NCBI GenBank assembly: GCA_964035545.1
Contig: OZ037768.1
Location: 310,001 to 374,000 of the forward strand
Direction: 5' to 3'
Length of the DNA: 64,000 nt
Origin: Bugula neritina
Lineage: Eukaryota > Animalia > Bryozoa
The notes below the pieces were generated by a model. That model ran no database searches, was not told the origin of the DNA, and worked only from the letters and a program-made list of their open reading frames with translations. This document shows positions 1-26,100 of the stretch, one piece after another (positions within the stretch are counted from its first letter, which is position 1; every line of letters begins with the position of its first letter). Made by a program: the position numbers and the translations under genes.

Positions 1-100
1 ATATACTAAAATAATAAAAGATAATAAAATACGAATGCAATATAATAATATCATTATCAATATGATTTAGTATTACTAAATTGTTACAGTGAAATCTCAC

Positions 101-244
101 CTTAACCAAGTGCTGAAAAGCAGGCTGTGCCGTATTCAACAGACTTTCTTGAGCAACAATTGAAAAGATATCTGGAGTTGCAGAGTTTGAATCATCATCT
201 GGTTGAGATATTGTGTGAAGATGAGCCCCTTGTTCCCCAGCCAT
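101..244 (-). CDS. PEX12: Peroxin-12, first coding exon (gene continues off the left edge)
   Basis: Manual translation MAGEQGAHLHTISQPDDDSNSATPDIFSIVAQESLLNTAQPAFQHLVK followed by a GTGAGA donor; resembles the PEX12 N-terminus (human MAEHGAHFT...[25 protein letters not shown]). TAG acceptor about 22 nt upstream of the ATG suggests a 5'UTR intron. Confidence 0.85.
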
Positions 245-1282
245 TACGTGTTGATAGTTGAAATACTACAGTAGACAGTCTTCAAATTTCAGAAAAATAT
301 TATTGTAAAACTGAGATGTATTTGACTTACATACCGTACAAATTAAACCATACATCAACATAAGCAAATATGAAGATTTGCTATTATAATAATATTATTG
401 ATAGTAGCTGTAAGTAGTGCCAATCTATTATTTGCTAATACTAATAGTGAAATGCATTTCTGTAGAAAACACGATGACGAAACTAATCACCGATTATCAT
501 TTTTTTATTAAATGCCAATTATTATTAAGTGAAATTTCAACTTCTTTGTTTATTCAAATAATTCAGCATGCCTATTGGTATCTATTAATATTATATATTA
601 ATTTAAATTGCAAACTGAAACACTATCATTATGATTATGATAATCATAATGATACTGATACAGTGAATCACTGAATGTGATAGTATTACTATAGTATTAG
701 TGATAGCCATATCCTGATATCAGTAATGTTTAATATTAGTAATACTGCACCAACACTGTTTCTTTTTTATATATAAACATTGAAATTATTTGCAACCAAT
801 TATTCTACGTATATATAAATTACCAATAGTTTTATGGAACATGTTACCAATAATAATGCTGTCACGGTGATACTGATGGTGAATAAAACCGAATTTCAAG
901 TTGATACACCCAACTGATGTATTTTTGTTTCGGAAAAGCGCTACAATTGTAATTAGTGGACACGCCGTTTATATATCTATGCTTATTATAGAGTCGTAAT
1001 TTTAATTTTAAAATAACGATGATGTGATATTTAGATAAAGTAATAAAGGCGCCTATTCAAGTTTAACTACATGAGAGTATTGGTAGCCTCTGTTTCATAA
1101 ACAAAACTTTTGTTTCAATTTTTTCCCCAAGATAGTCGACCAATGTTTAGAAATCAGCTATGGCAAACTGGTCGCAAGTTTCGCTGAAAATTTTATTACA
1201 AAGTGAGAGTGTGTGAATTACTTCATCATCATGCTGGTTCTATAATGCACCGAAGGCAACTAATATTAGTTGGATAATAATA

Positions 1283-13169
<11,887 letters not shown>

Positions 13170-13525
13170 CCACAGTTGACCCACTAGTTGAAAGACAATC
13201 CTGCCATAGTAGCAGCGATATGGACAACACAATTATCAGTATTTATTTGTACATAAGCAACGCAGCATGCTTTGTGTTGACTGGTGCCATATTTTATTGT
13301 TCACATTCTCCTTTTATTTTCAATATAAAATTTGCTCAAAACATCAACTCGCACCTGTTGCTGAGAGAATACAAGTTGGTGATTTAATAGAAAGGTTTGT
13401 CTACATGATTGTGTAGTTACATGAGATATAGTTTAACCTGTACAGAATATACATATATATTAAACATATGCATCTCCCAACAAGCCACACGGCATTAGTG
13501 ACACGGCGTTAGTGACACGGCAGTC

Positions 13526-15760
13526 TCAAGTAACTTCCGCAGAGTCCACAGATTGCTGCTGCTGCCAGTCTTTGCTGATAAGCATCATAAGGATGAGGTA
13601 GGGGATCTGAACTAAACTGAATCTGAACAGATTCCTAGAAGACTTGCTGTCACCGTCTCTGTAGAACCTCCAGCCCAGGTAGACGCCGTACAAGTTGCAG
13701 GGTAGAGAGAGAAGTGTGAACAGGTGGGTAGTTGCCCCTACCATGGGGCCCAGGCAGCACACAAAGGTCATGAACCCGGTGTGACGGAAGGCGACTCTCT
13801 TACACATTTCAGGGTCTGTGACAGCAGACATCTGGTAGCCAGCTCTCTGGTAGTCGTTCTTAATATTCCAACTGAGAGCCTTGAAGTGGGGAAACTGCCA
13901 GATGTAGAGTATGCTGCCTAGCCAGAGGGCACCTGCCAACAGATGTCAGTGTATTAGTAGTCAGTATACTAGTAGTCAGTGTACTAGTAGTCAGTATACT
14001 AGTAGTTAGTGTACTAGTAGTCAGTGTACTAGTAGTCAGTGTACTAGTAGTCAGTATACTAGTATACTGACTACTAGTAGTTAGTATACTAGTAGTCAGT
14101 ATACTAGTAGTCAGTGTATTAGTAGTTAGTGTACTAGTAGTCAGTGTACTAGTAGTCAGTGTACTAGTAGTCAGTATACTAGTAGTTAGTGTACTAGTAG
14201 TCATTGTACTAGTAGTCAGTGTACTAGTAGTCAGTATACTAGTATACTGACTACTAGTAGTTAGTATACTAGTAGTCAGTATACTAGTAGTCAGTGTATT
14301 AGTAGTTAGTGTACTAGTAGTCAGTGTACTAGTAGTCAGTTTACTAGTAGTTAGTTTACTAGTAGTCAGTGTACTAGTAGTTAGTGACTCACCCAAGTCT
14401 ATAGCCCCGGTGGCAGCTGTCCAGCCCATGACGGGAGGGAGGGCCCCCACCACCGACCCCACCCACGTGTTGCTGGTGCTCATTCTCTTCATGGGGGTGT
14501 ACGCTGCCGTGTAGATAAAGTAGTTGAGCACTCCGAGACCACAAGTCAGCGTATTCACTCCGGCCAGCATCATGGATGTGCCAAGGACACCGGAGACGGC
14601 AGCAAATGCAGCAGCGTGTTCACGACTAACAACAAAGAGGAGACAACTGCTACATTACATGAAGCGTGTAAGCACACAGCTGGTGTACCCTCACAACAAC
14701 ACTCCTACCTGATTAGTCCTCTCACCAACACTCTGTTACGGGTTCTATACATCTGAGTGTCGTACTTCACTTCTATAATCTGATTGGTCGCATTTGCTGC
14801 TGCCGACTGCAGTGCTGTTCCAGCAGACAGCAGCAGCAGAGTGTTGATATCAAACACACCGGGTGCCATCGCGTATCCCCCCACACTTGTTAGCACCACT
14901 AAGGCTACAATATATGAAACAGAGGCTGCACATACTGTATGACTAATCAAATGCGTTATATGAGAGACAAACAGACAGATATGAGAGACAAACAGACAGC
15001 AGAGGACTTACTAGTGAGTCGTGACTTGGCAAGGCTGGCGTATATAGAAGGGAGTTTGCTCAGCGAAGGTAACGGCTGCGTGGGGGCGGGCGCAGCAAAC
15101 AGGAAGTCCTCCACAGACGCGGGCGACGCAATGCGCCTTTTTATTTGCTGCTTTTCTACTCCAACAAAAGTGTCCGCCTTGAAAACGGTGGCCTTCAAGT
15201 GACCTTCAAAGAAAGAGCAGAAAGTGTAAGAATACATCAAGTGTACGCTGTCCGCAACTTGTAAAGTTGTCCGAGTTGTTTACCTTGCGGCAGCGACGTG
15301 TCTCCTTTTCTAGATGCTGGTTTATCATCAGCAAGTCGAGGGTTTGCTTGCTGGGCATAGCTCTAGAAAATATATCATCATATATTATATTCATATATTA
15401 TATTCATATATCATATCATATATTAGACTCATATATCATATCGCATATTATACTCATATATCATATCGTATATTATACTCATATATCATATCATATACTA
15501 TACTCATATATCATATATTATTATACTCATATATCATATCATATACTATACTCATATATCATATCGTATATTATACTCATATATCATATCGCATATTACA
15601 CTCATATATCATATCATATATTATATTCATATCATATCGTATATTATATCATATCATACATTATACTCACTTGTTTGCGCAAGAGAGAACTCAGAAGGGG
15701 CAAACGATTCCGAGTTGCATGGCTGCAATAAATACTAAAAGGCAATTGCAAAACCACCAT
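13526..15760 (-). CDS. COX10: Protoheme IX farnesyltransferase (heme O synthase), mitochondrial; exons 15671-15760, 15284-15362, 15012-15203, 14709-14904, 14393-14625, 13526-13932
   Basis: [96 protein letters not shown]; Arg/Ser/Leu-rich presequence-like N-terminus; phase-compatible GT-AG introns. Confidence 0.93.
13945..14386. repeat. 15-bp minisatellite (GTACTAGTAGTCAGT), COX10 last intron
   Basis: Tandem units with a 180-bp higher-order duplication. Confidence 0.95.
15370..15669. repeat. ATATCATATCATATATTATACTC-type repeat, COX10 intron 1
   Basis: About 23-bp units abutting the donor. Confidence 0.85.
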
Positions 15761-17090
15761 AATGATGAAAACTTTCCTTCAAATTATTTCCAATCCATTT
15801 TGGTGTCCGTAATGAGTATAACCTCTGCAGTAAATACCTCTCAAATGTCTGTTTTAACTAATTCCCTGTAAAAATGTGAGGCAATATTAACTACTGACAG
15901 TACTATTACACTACTAACAGTACTATTACACTACTAACAGTACTACTATCAAACTAGTAGTACCAATTATACATCAGTAGTAAAAATCATACCTAATCTT
16001 AATAAGGAACTGAATATCTTGCAAATATCAATATGAATAAATTATTATTATTATCAAAACCATAATGCCAATGCTCATATTAACATAATAATTATGAAGT
16101 TGAATTTAAAATGGAAATTGCAAATTCAACTGTAAATACAAATATTAATATCAAGTTAAAGTAAAGGTAAATAGCCATAATCAAATTCAGTAAGACTACA
16201 TCTATGTAGAACTACATATAATTTGAGTAACAGTTATAGATAATTTACGTTTATTCTATTTTCATCAAAAATTAAAATAACACGTTTCAAGTTTGGAAAA
16301 AAAATTAAATAAAATAGTTTATTTTTGCAGACTGTAAAAAGTAAAACGGAGAGCTTAGTAGCAATATGATGACAATTTGAATTTAAATTACATTTACTTT
16401 ATTTTATCGTTAGGATTAAAATTTAAATTTTATACCATGCAACATCAGTTTCAAAACACCAACTACAATAACAATAGTAAATTGATGCTAGCACTATTAG
16501 CATGACATTCAATTTCACTCCTAGTACTTTAAAATAAGTATCACTATCAGTACGACAACGATTATCACCATTATGATAATGAATTATCAAGCTCAATCAG
16601 TATCTTGTGACCCAGAGTCATACAGTTACACCTAAATCTATGGCTACAGCTACATCCATAGTTTAAGTTACATTTATTATTATCTCGTATAGACTTAGCC
16701 CAACAATCGCGATATAAATTATAAATATAATAATCATGATGATGACTGGAACCAATACCATCATGGTTACAATCGGTATCAGTATCATTGAGTCTCACTA
16801 TCACTACATGAGTTATGACTATCACTATCATCAAGTGACTATCACTATCAGACTCAGTATTACCTCCAGTTTCACTAGGGCTAGGTAAAATTAAAGTACT
16901 TATCAAATACTCAATTTGATAGTCATACTGTTAATACTCGTACGCTTATACTTATAGTGATACTCGTACTCATACTTCATAGAGTTAGGCCCATAGTCAC
17001 GCGATACTCAATATGAGAATTATAGTGTAAGTGTTAACACTAGCTGATACTCATACTCAGAATGTCAGTGATTAGGAGTGATCCAGAGTC

Positions 17091-17231
17091 GTCACTGATA
17101 CTCGTACTGATTGTTTGTTAATGTTTACAGTTACTATCACTGTAAGACCTAAGTGTATAACTTATACACTTACGTCTTACAGTGATAGTAACTGTAAACA
17201 TTAACAAACAATCAGTACGAGTATCAGTGAC
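17091..17231. repeat. 141-bp near-perfect palindrome (70-bp arms, 1-nt spacer, 1 mismatch)
   Basis: 17091-17160 is the reverse complement of 17162-17231 except GACCTAAG vs GACGTAAG. Confidence 0.95.
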
Positions 17232-18157
17232 TATAAATATAAGTGTATTTCAATTTGTTAGACTTATAGTTATACTTATACTTATACTATAAGTATAAGT
17301 TATAAGTTATAAGTATTAGTATAAGTTTAAGTTATAGCTACTTACAGTCACAGTGAGTTACTGTTGCTGTTACTGCTAGACTTAGAGTTACTGTAACACT
17401 AACTGTTAACGTTGACATGATTGAAATTAAAAATCAAAACGCCAGGCCAAGGGCTACTAGCAGTAGCACTACTACTAGTACTATCACTATCAGTATCGCG
17501 AGACTAAAACTATGATTACTGATTACTCTACTGATTAAGCTTTAAGTTTAAGTTTAACAAATTAAAATGGTTTATCATTTTTCCAGCTACCATTGCTATT
17601 GAAATAATATATTTATTGTCAATAATACTAAGTAAAACATATGCCTCACCGCATTAAAGGTGATGGTAGCCTAGCCTAAAGGGCAAGTATTATAAAGGTA
17701 AATATAATATCACTTTGGCCTAGCCGGGTGCAAGTTTATAGGAAGTTTTCATTTAGTGTTTTCAGTCGCAATTGTCAAATGTTGACATTGTAAAATTTTG
17801 GGAAGAGTAAATAACTCCTAATCTAGTAATATGTTGCAACCTCTTCTTATAATGTTTTAATTATAGAATCTTTTGGTCAATATAATATTATTATGATTGA
17901 CGTATATTATGATGCCGTAGTCCTGCGCGGTGGTTTATAATAACAAATAATAAAAATAATATCCACCTATGCCCTCAAATTTTGTTTAGAAATTAGCATT
18001 TCGTAACTAAGAATTTTAATCTTGGTGTTAATTCATTTTTTAATGAAAAGATTAAACCTGTGCTTGTAGGTTGATGTATTTCATATTTTATATAAATGCA
18101 TATTTAGACCAAAATAATAAACTGCTGTCACCTTCTTAGGGCTCAGAAATTCGCCAC

Positions 18158-19000
18158 TTATTCCTCCATGCGAAGCTCCCGGGCAGTGCGCAACAGGAAA
18201 CTCTGCAGGTACAGGCTGGAATCGCAGGCTATAGCATTAAAGGTGTTAATACGGGTATTCATGTTATGCATGGAGGATTTCATAGATTTAAGGGTGTTAT
18301 TTAGTGTTGGAAATAAATCATTATTAGCTGTAATACAACACAACAAAGAAATTCTCTGTGACTGTCTGCGCTCTCTTAATGTTTCCAGGCCTAGGTCAAA
18401 TTTGGCATCTGTCACTGATACTTCTCTACTCTTTAAATTTATAATGAACCTTGCAGCTCTATTTTGAGTAACTTCTAATTTTGTAATCAGATTCTTATTG
18501 CACGGGGCCCATACTTCAGCAGCATATTCCAGGAGAGGTCTACAAAAAGTTTTATATGCGAGAGTTTTAACATTTCCTGGGGCATTTCCTAATGTGAACT
18601 TGATTAGTCCTAATACTCTGTACGACATGCTCATTCCCTTTCAAATCTGCTGATAGCAATATTCCAAGGTATTTTCCAACTCCAACTCTGTTCAGGGGAT
18701 TATCTCCTAATTTATAAGTAAAGATAATTTCTATATTTCTTGTTTTCTTACCAAAGGTGATAACATTACTTTTCCTTGAGTTAAACTTCATATTGTTTTC
18801 TTTTGCCCACCTATAACGTCTAGAAAGATCTCCCTGTAGTTTATGATGGTCATTTGGATCAGTAATGAGCAGATAAACAAGAATGTCATCTGCAAAAAGC
18901 CTGATTGTACTATGTGTAACGCAGTTTACAATGTCATTAATGAACAAAATGAATATGTGACCCAGCACACACTTCCTTGTGGAACCCCAGAACTAATTGG
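18158..19000 (-). mobile_element. Degraded CR1/L2-like LINE reverse-transcriptase fragment
   Basis: SGVPQGSVLG...LFINDI...IRLFADD...KYLGILLS then AYKTFCRPLLEYAAEVWAP, with a frameshift between the two ORFs. Confidence 0.88.
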
Positions 19001-19206
19001 TCGTAAATCTGAAGATAACGATCAATGACCCCTCATTGTGAGCGTCCAGTTAATAATGATGATACCCATCAAATAATACAGTGTAGTCTCGTTTCTAATA
19101 TGTCACTTAATGTTTGATTTATAGATACAAATGCGTGCCTTGCGCATGAAAATCACATGTATCAACCTGTTTAAGTTGTTTATATATATATTTATAAGTG
19201 TGTGTG

Positions 19207-19562
<356 letters not shown>

Positions 19563-19884
19563 TGTGTGTGTGTGAACTCACATGTGTAGTAGTGCGGTAG
19601 TGTAGTAGTAGTAGTAGTAGTAGTGTAGTAGCAGTGCTGGGATTCTGTGGAGAAAACAATGTTTGTAATATTTTAGATATACTGCACAAAAATATTGTCT
19701 TATTTAAAATAAAAGAATAAATATATGCTATATATTTGTAAAGAAAAAGATATAACCAATGGCTTTAATCTATTGTAACATAAATACAATGTATATTAAT
19801 AATATTCTACATGTAAATGCAATAGTTTACAATTTCAATTTGGATTCACATTCTCAAAATGTTTACAGAACAAGAGCAGAAAAC

Positions 19885-19940
19885 CCCTATATACGTTTAC
19901 GATGAATGGAGTTTTCTTTCGTTTTGTAAAGCCACGCCCT
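19885..19940 (+). promoter_or_regulatory. Candidate MEX3 core promoter elements (TATA-like CCTATATA, GC/KLF-type GCCACGCCC)
   Basis: Motif matches about 250-290 bp upstream of the ATG; a GTAAGT donor at 20059 suggests a short 5'UTR intron. Confidence 0.3.
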
Positions 19941-20175
19941 TAGTTAAAAGTCGTTAGTTCAACTCGTAAAACCCGCGAATACCACATCGAGGCTACAACC
20001 TTGAAGTAGAACTCTTTGTAGGTCATTTTGTTCAGGAAAACGTGGTTCATAAAAGGAGGTAAGTGCTTGCAGGTGTGATCAGTTGTGTACTGACTGTTTC
20101 ACAGTACAAACAGCTAATTTTCCCGTCAGTTTGAATATTTGCCGTAAATTGTAGTAGAAAACTCCATGCATTGTA

Positions 20176-23123
20176 ATGTCTGTCGGTACAGCTATACTTA
20201 CGAGAAATAACAATATGAGTATGAACGAAGGCAACGGACCTTACGACGAGTCAAGATCAACGTTTCACTTTCCTTTGGTTCAGGAACTTTCCAATTTAGC
20301 GTTACTGGACAATCATAATACCCACCAAGGCACTTGCAATGGTAGTGCAGGCACAAGTTCAGCTGGCATAAGCTTAGATGACCGCCAATTGTCATTTAGT
20401 GACAATCGCTCCATGAAGTTCTTTCCTGAGACACAATATTTAGACCGAAAAGCCCCCAACTTTCTCCCCGAGGACCCCATTTACTCAAATCGTCAAGAGT
20501 TTGATTCACATCCTTCTTACGACGACAAATTCAATATTAATGGTGGGCCTATAGGCAGTACAATTCCAAGAAAAAGTTCCAATATGACGGAAACAGTGCC
20601 TGTCCCAAGCTCCGAACATGTCGCCGAAATAGTTGGAAGACAAGGTTAGACTTCTAAGTTTACAATTTACATAATTTCACTACAATAGTTTTTCTGTTGG
20701 TCACATCTCCTTTTGAGTATTCGCATTTTCTCACCAGTCATTAACGATGGTCATCCGGTTGTCCACTATTATAATCATCAATTATGACATTAAATTTAAT
20801 GATTAGAATGTCGGATTAATCATTAATAATATATTTACAAATATCTCAATATGCTCTGCTTTCAGTTCCAACTTCTAAAAAAGTATTGGTGGTATAACTA
20901 TTATGATAATTGAAATCGGTTTGAGATGCAGCTATTCGCCTAGCCTATAAACTTAGTTAGACTGCCACAGTAGTTGACTAGTTTGGATAAATCTCTGGTT
21001 AAATGCTGAGGCTTTAGTTTTTTAGTGCTACTCTGATTCATTGCAAGTATATATTTTAGTTTGATATATAATTGTATTGATATTCGCTTTGTCGATTAAA
21101 CGAAAACCGTAGTGTTATTTTCATAATGTTTATTACATTGCATTTTTTCAATAGCTGTAAATTATTTTAATATCATTTGCACACTGGTAATACTAATACT
21201 ATGACTTGGACACCACTGACTGGTCATACATTTATTACATGTGAAAGCCATATAGAATTCATTTTTTGTGAATAAAACGAATTTTTATGCCATCAAGTAA
21301 TAGGAAAAAGACTCGGGTCTCTAATAAATATTATAAATTGAGTCACCAAAATATTACTTTAGATTGTTGGTACTTGTTGATTATAGTAATACTAATAGTC
21401 AGAATAGACTTGTTAGCTTCTGTGATTTCACCAGAACAATGTCACGGAATCAATTGATTGAAGTCTGTCAACTTATTAGTACTTGACTGTAGACAGCCAG
21501 TTGACATCTTTAGTTTATGGAGATAGTGTAGTATCTGTGCCAATCCACGCACTTCTGTTGTGAAGTTTCGTTATCAAGCCAATTGCAACTGTGACTACGA
21601 TCACAGCTGATCACTGCTGTGTTAGTAATTCAACTACTAGTTCCCGTAGTTGGTAACTTTGCAACACCCCCTTGCATTATGTATGCCAATGTTCACATTG
21701 ATGGCTTTATAATTATCAGCTGTCAAAATTGTGGTTGGTGCAGTATTTTTCCCCCAGACATAATTTACCACAAACACATAGCCTCACTTCCACACACTAA
21801 TTTCCTTTCTGCTATTTGTTGATAGGCTGCAAGATCAAAAGCCTGAGGACACAGACCAACACATACATCAAGACACCAGTGCGAGGCTCGGAGCCAGTGT
21901 TCGTTGTTACTGGGAGGAAGGAAGACGTGGCTCACGCTAAGCACCAAATACTATCCGCAGCTGAGCACTTCAGCTCCATCAGAGCCAAAAGGAACGGCAG
22001 CAATGGGCTGCACACCAATAGCAACAGCGGCAGCTCCAGCCCCACCTCTGTGCCTCTTGGTCACATGACGTCACAGGTAAGAGTGCCCTACAAGGTGGTT
22101 GGCCTGGTGGTGGGCCCTAAAGGAGCCACCATCAAGAGGATCCAACAGACGACCTCCACCTACATAGTGACTCCTGGCAGAGACAAGGACCCGGTGTTTG
22201 AGGTTACGGGACTCCCGGAGAATGTGGAGAAGGCCAAGGAGGAAATAGAGAAGCACATCGCCTCTCGCACCGGCACCGATAACAACAGCGATCTCCAGAT
22301 TGATGACTTCCAGCCTTACTGCGTAGACCCGGGCTTCCACGAGCAGAATAACGAGAGCGTTCAGTCAATGCCGGCAACAAGCACTTACAACACCTACAAC
22401 AACATTGTCAACGGACACGATGACCTGCCCCCTCTCTGCTCGCACCTCTACCAGCACCTCCCCCACAATTCTCTCCACAAGAATGGCCAGTGTGCACCTC
22501 CCATTGCTAACTCCAACCCTAATGCACCAGACTACAGCCTCCTGCCCTCCTTCAACCCCTTCCAGAACGAAGTGAGCAGCTTCAAAGGAACCTCTCCATC
22601 CGACTATGAACCCGACGAGGGTATCGCCACTCACGGCAGCTCTGCAGTCAGCATCTACGACCCGAGTGCCGTCATGTGGGGAGATGTCAGCTCATTCGAC
22701 GTACAACGGTCCAACAGCGTCAGCGTCCACCAGCACCTGCCTCCGGGGGAGGACGGCCCCCACCCTCGCACTCGGCGCACTAACAGCGACCCCCTAGCAG
22801 CTGCCTTCCAGAAGATAGATGCCACTTTCAGCTCCTCCTCCGTGGGCAGCAGTCAGGGCAGCACCTCGCCAGTCACTGGCCGCCGCAACCACTCGCCTTC
22901 CCACCAACCCGGCAAGCCCCAGCCCCCTGTTGGCACGGCTAGCGCCAAGCCCTCTCCCTGCTACAGTTGCGGTGGGGAGGTGAATGCCGCGCTGGTGCCC
23001 TGCGCCCACCACATCTTCTGCATGCGCTGCGCAGAGGAGATCTGCAGACGAGAGCCGGGTCGGCGCAACTGTCCGCTCTGCCACAAACCTGCCGAGGGCG
23101 CTCTGTTGAGGGCCAAACCGTAG
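20176..23123 (+). CDS. MEX3: MEX3-family RNA-binding E3 ligase (2 KH + C-terminal RING); exons 20176-20644, 21826-23123
   Basis: [22 protein letters not shown]|[20 protein letters not shown] (KH1), [24 protein letters not shown] (KH2), CYSC...[12 protein letters not shown]...CPLC (RING). Start ATG choice uncertain; AATAAA near 24187. Confidence 0.95.
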
Positions 23124-26100
23124 GCACAGTCACCACTAGCCTTGCCTTGCTCATATGCTTGATATTAGCTCCTGCTCAGTGCCCGCCCCTTCCTGTGCCA
23201 CGCCCCTTACTGTCACCAGCTGTCACGGGACCACTTAGCTGTCTGTATAGAGTATCTCAAAGTATTAAAGAAGCTAATATATTTTTTATTCCTTTTCTCA
23301 TCAGGTTTTTGGTGACTTATTTGAATGTACATTTTTGGCGCCGTGCCATAGACTGAGTTTATATTTGGTTGTATTTTTGTGGCTCCAAATTCATAAACTC
23401 ATAAATTTTACCAAAATCACTTGAAAAATATTTTTAACTATTTTTAATTTTTTATGGATGAACAAATGTAACAACTCTATAACTTAGTATATATTTTGCA
23501 GCAATTTCCCAAACAATGTGTAAACATTGGGACAGCCTTCAAACACAGTGGCTAGTTGTTTTACCTGTAAATTTATTATTTCTGCCAGAAAATTGTATTA
23601 TAGTTGATATATCATGATTGTAGTGCCCCCTATTATTTTTATCTGCGTGTATTTGAGTGTTATATTGTTGATTTTAGTTTCTAGTATATTTACGTAATAT
23701 GACTGAAGATATATAATTTATTATTTAGTGTGAGCAATTTATGTAGTTGAAAAGCATTATACATGTATGAATTTATATATTATATATATACACAAGTCAA
23801 TTTTATCTGTATAAAGATTTTACTAGTTTTCATTGTACTTGTATAGTAAAACTGTCCCAACGTCACAGCTTTATTCATGGACCTAGATTTGTAGTGTCTG
23901 TAGTATAAATAGATATTATTTGTTGTTAGAATACCATTCTTATAGACACTGATATATATATATATTATATGAAATATCTTTTTTATTTTTCTGGAATTAT
24001 TTAATGACAAATTACTTATGTCCATGAGAATTACCAAGTCTAACCAACCTTGGCATCATATGCAATGTTCAACTAATATATACAATTGGATTTTCATTAT
24101 ACATTTTATTTATACTATATTCTTCAATACTTTATGTGAATGACTAGCTATCCTTGAATATATTTTGAATTTATTTTGTGTATTTTAATAAATGTTGTTA
24201 CAGTAGGATGAAAGTGGTTTTTGCTGTTGTTAAAAGTCAATAAGTAACCATTATATGCCTTAGTGCACTGAATGTGCGACTGCGCAGTACCAACTTGATT
24301 TAGCCATATCTATGTACTAGCAAGTCAATAAGGTGAGGCCTTATCAAAAACCAACAACTTAACCTTCAAATTGATATCATTTCTTGCCTCTAACGAGATG
24401 TGCATCACGAAACTATCCACAATGCTTGTACAAAGAAACAATATTACTTTTGAGCGGGAACCTCATCAAAAATTCACAAAGGCCTTTTTCTTTTCAATTC
24501 ATAAACCTCATGCAAACAAAGTTCCTTTATTTAGTCAATTATGGCCTTGGCAATGTCACATGATCAAATAATTGTGGATAGAGAATTTCCTTTGTTCACC
24601 GGCAGATACTGTTTTTGTAGTGGCCAAGTTGATGGAAGTATTAACAAAAGGGGTATAATTATTAGCCTTACATTTGATGCCTCAGCCTGGCTTGTTTACT
24701 ACAAGTTTACTACGACGATGTGAAGAGGTCGATCAGCCTTCTGCTATTCTAGATCGGCTTGACCTGATAGTGCGCTTGCTCCGCCCCTTTAGGGAGAAAA
24801 AAGCCGATTCCTTGTTTATAGTCTTGCGGTTAGCCTGTTTATATAGAATTAGGAATTTATTTGGTTTGTCCGTAGATGAATGAGTTATACTCGCCAGTCT
24901 CTCACCTTAGTTTCTGCCAGCAGTAGGCTACAATACCAGTATTATTTTGTAGCTTTCCAGTAGTAGGCACTTCAAGTCCTACTAGCACTTTGTTGAGTTC
25001 ATCAAAAGACTCAAAGCCCAACAATCCTACTAAATACTCACAGGAAATAATATTTCTTTATCTCAGCAACTAGGAGTGTCGCTCTGTTTGACAAAGGATT
25101 GCATCTATCATAACCCAACATGCAAACATACATTTAAAAGGTGATGCTAAATGAACATTTATAGCAAAAACAATTTAAATTAGAGTAATGATCAAATGAA
25201 TATATATTAGAATTTAGAGATATTTTAAAACATTGAGTAATAAATCAGTCTACTAAATTCTCAAAGAGAGAGAAGTCTCTATCTCCAACCATCTTGATTG
25301 ATTAACAGCCAAGAAAAGCAATTTTTGAGATAATTCTCATTTAACCTTCCTTTGGTGTTTTGGTTTTCAAACTCATTTAATTAGGATTTACTTTTCTTGA
25401 GATATTTTTACTATCAACACATAGCAATACACAGCTGGCACCCCCTCTCCTGCCACCTCTCCTTCCCTACCCCCCCCCCTCTCCTGTCATCTCTCCCCTT
25501 CCCTACCCCCTCACCAGGTATAAAACTGATATCAAGTGAACTTACATCCAGACATGACATTTCACAGCTTTTGTCTGCATTAGCAGCAGCTGTTCATTAC
25601 TGAGACTGCTGTTGTTGTTTACTGGTCAATTTAGCTTGTGATTACGTAACATAGCTTGGTAGCTATGTACCCTTTCAGACCAGTGTATAGAAAGGTCTAT
25701 ATGCATTCAATGGGCATTACATAACCCAGCTCATTAGTAAGCTGCTGCAATACCAAGTGGCCAACTGACTTCAGGTGGCTGTCCACAGTTGAAATCTAAA
25801 TCTCACTGCCTCCCTCTCAGTATTGACTATTATAATTTCACAAAGCACATCTAAAACCCCAGCCTATGAGTTATATTACACCTATGATGCAAGAATTTAC
25901 CTGTAGTGAAAATAAACCAACACAAATTTAAATAAAGCAAAAACCAACTTTTACTTTTGAAATAAAAAGGAGTTGAGTAACAGAGGGAGTGAAGGAGTGA
26001 GTGAGTGAGCCCATGTCTCTCTAGAATCAACAGTAAATGTGAGAACACAGCGTGTTCATTGTGCAGACCAAGTAGTGATGATAAGTCCTTTGTTCCCAGT

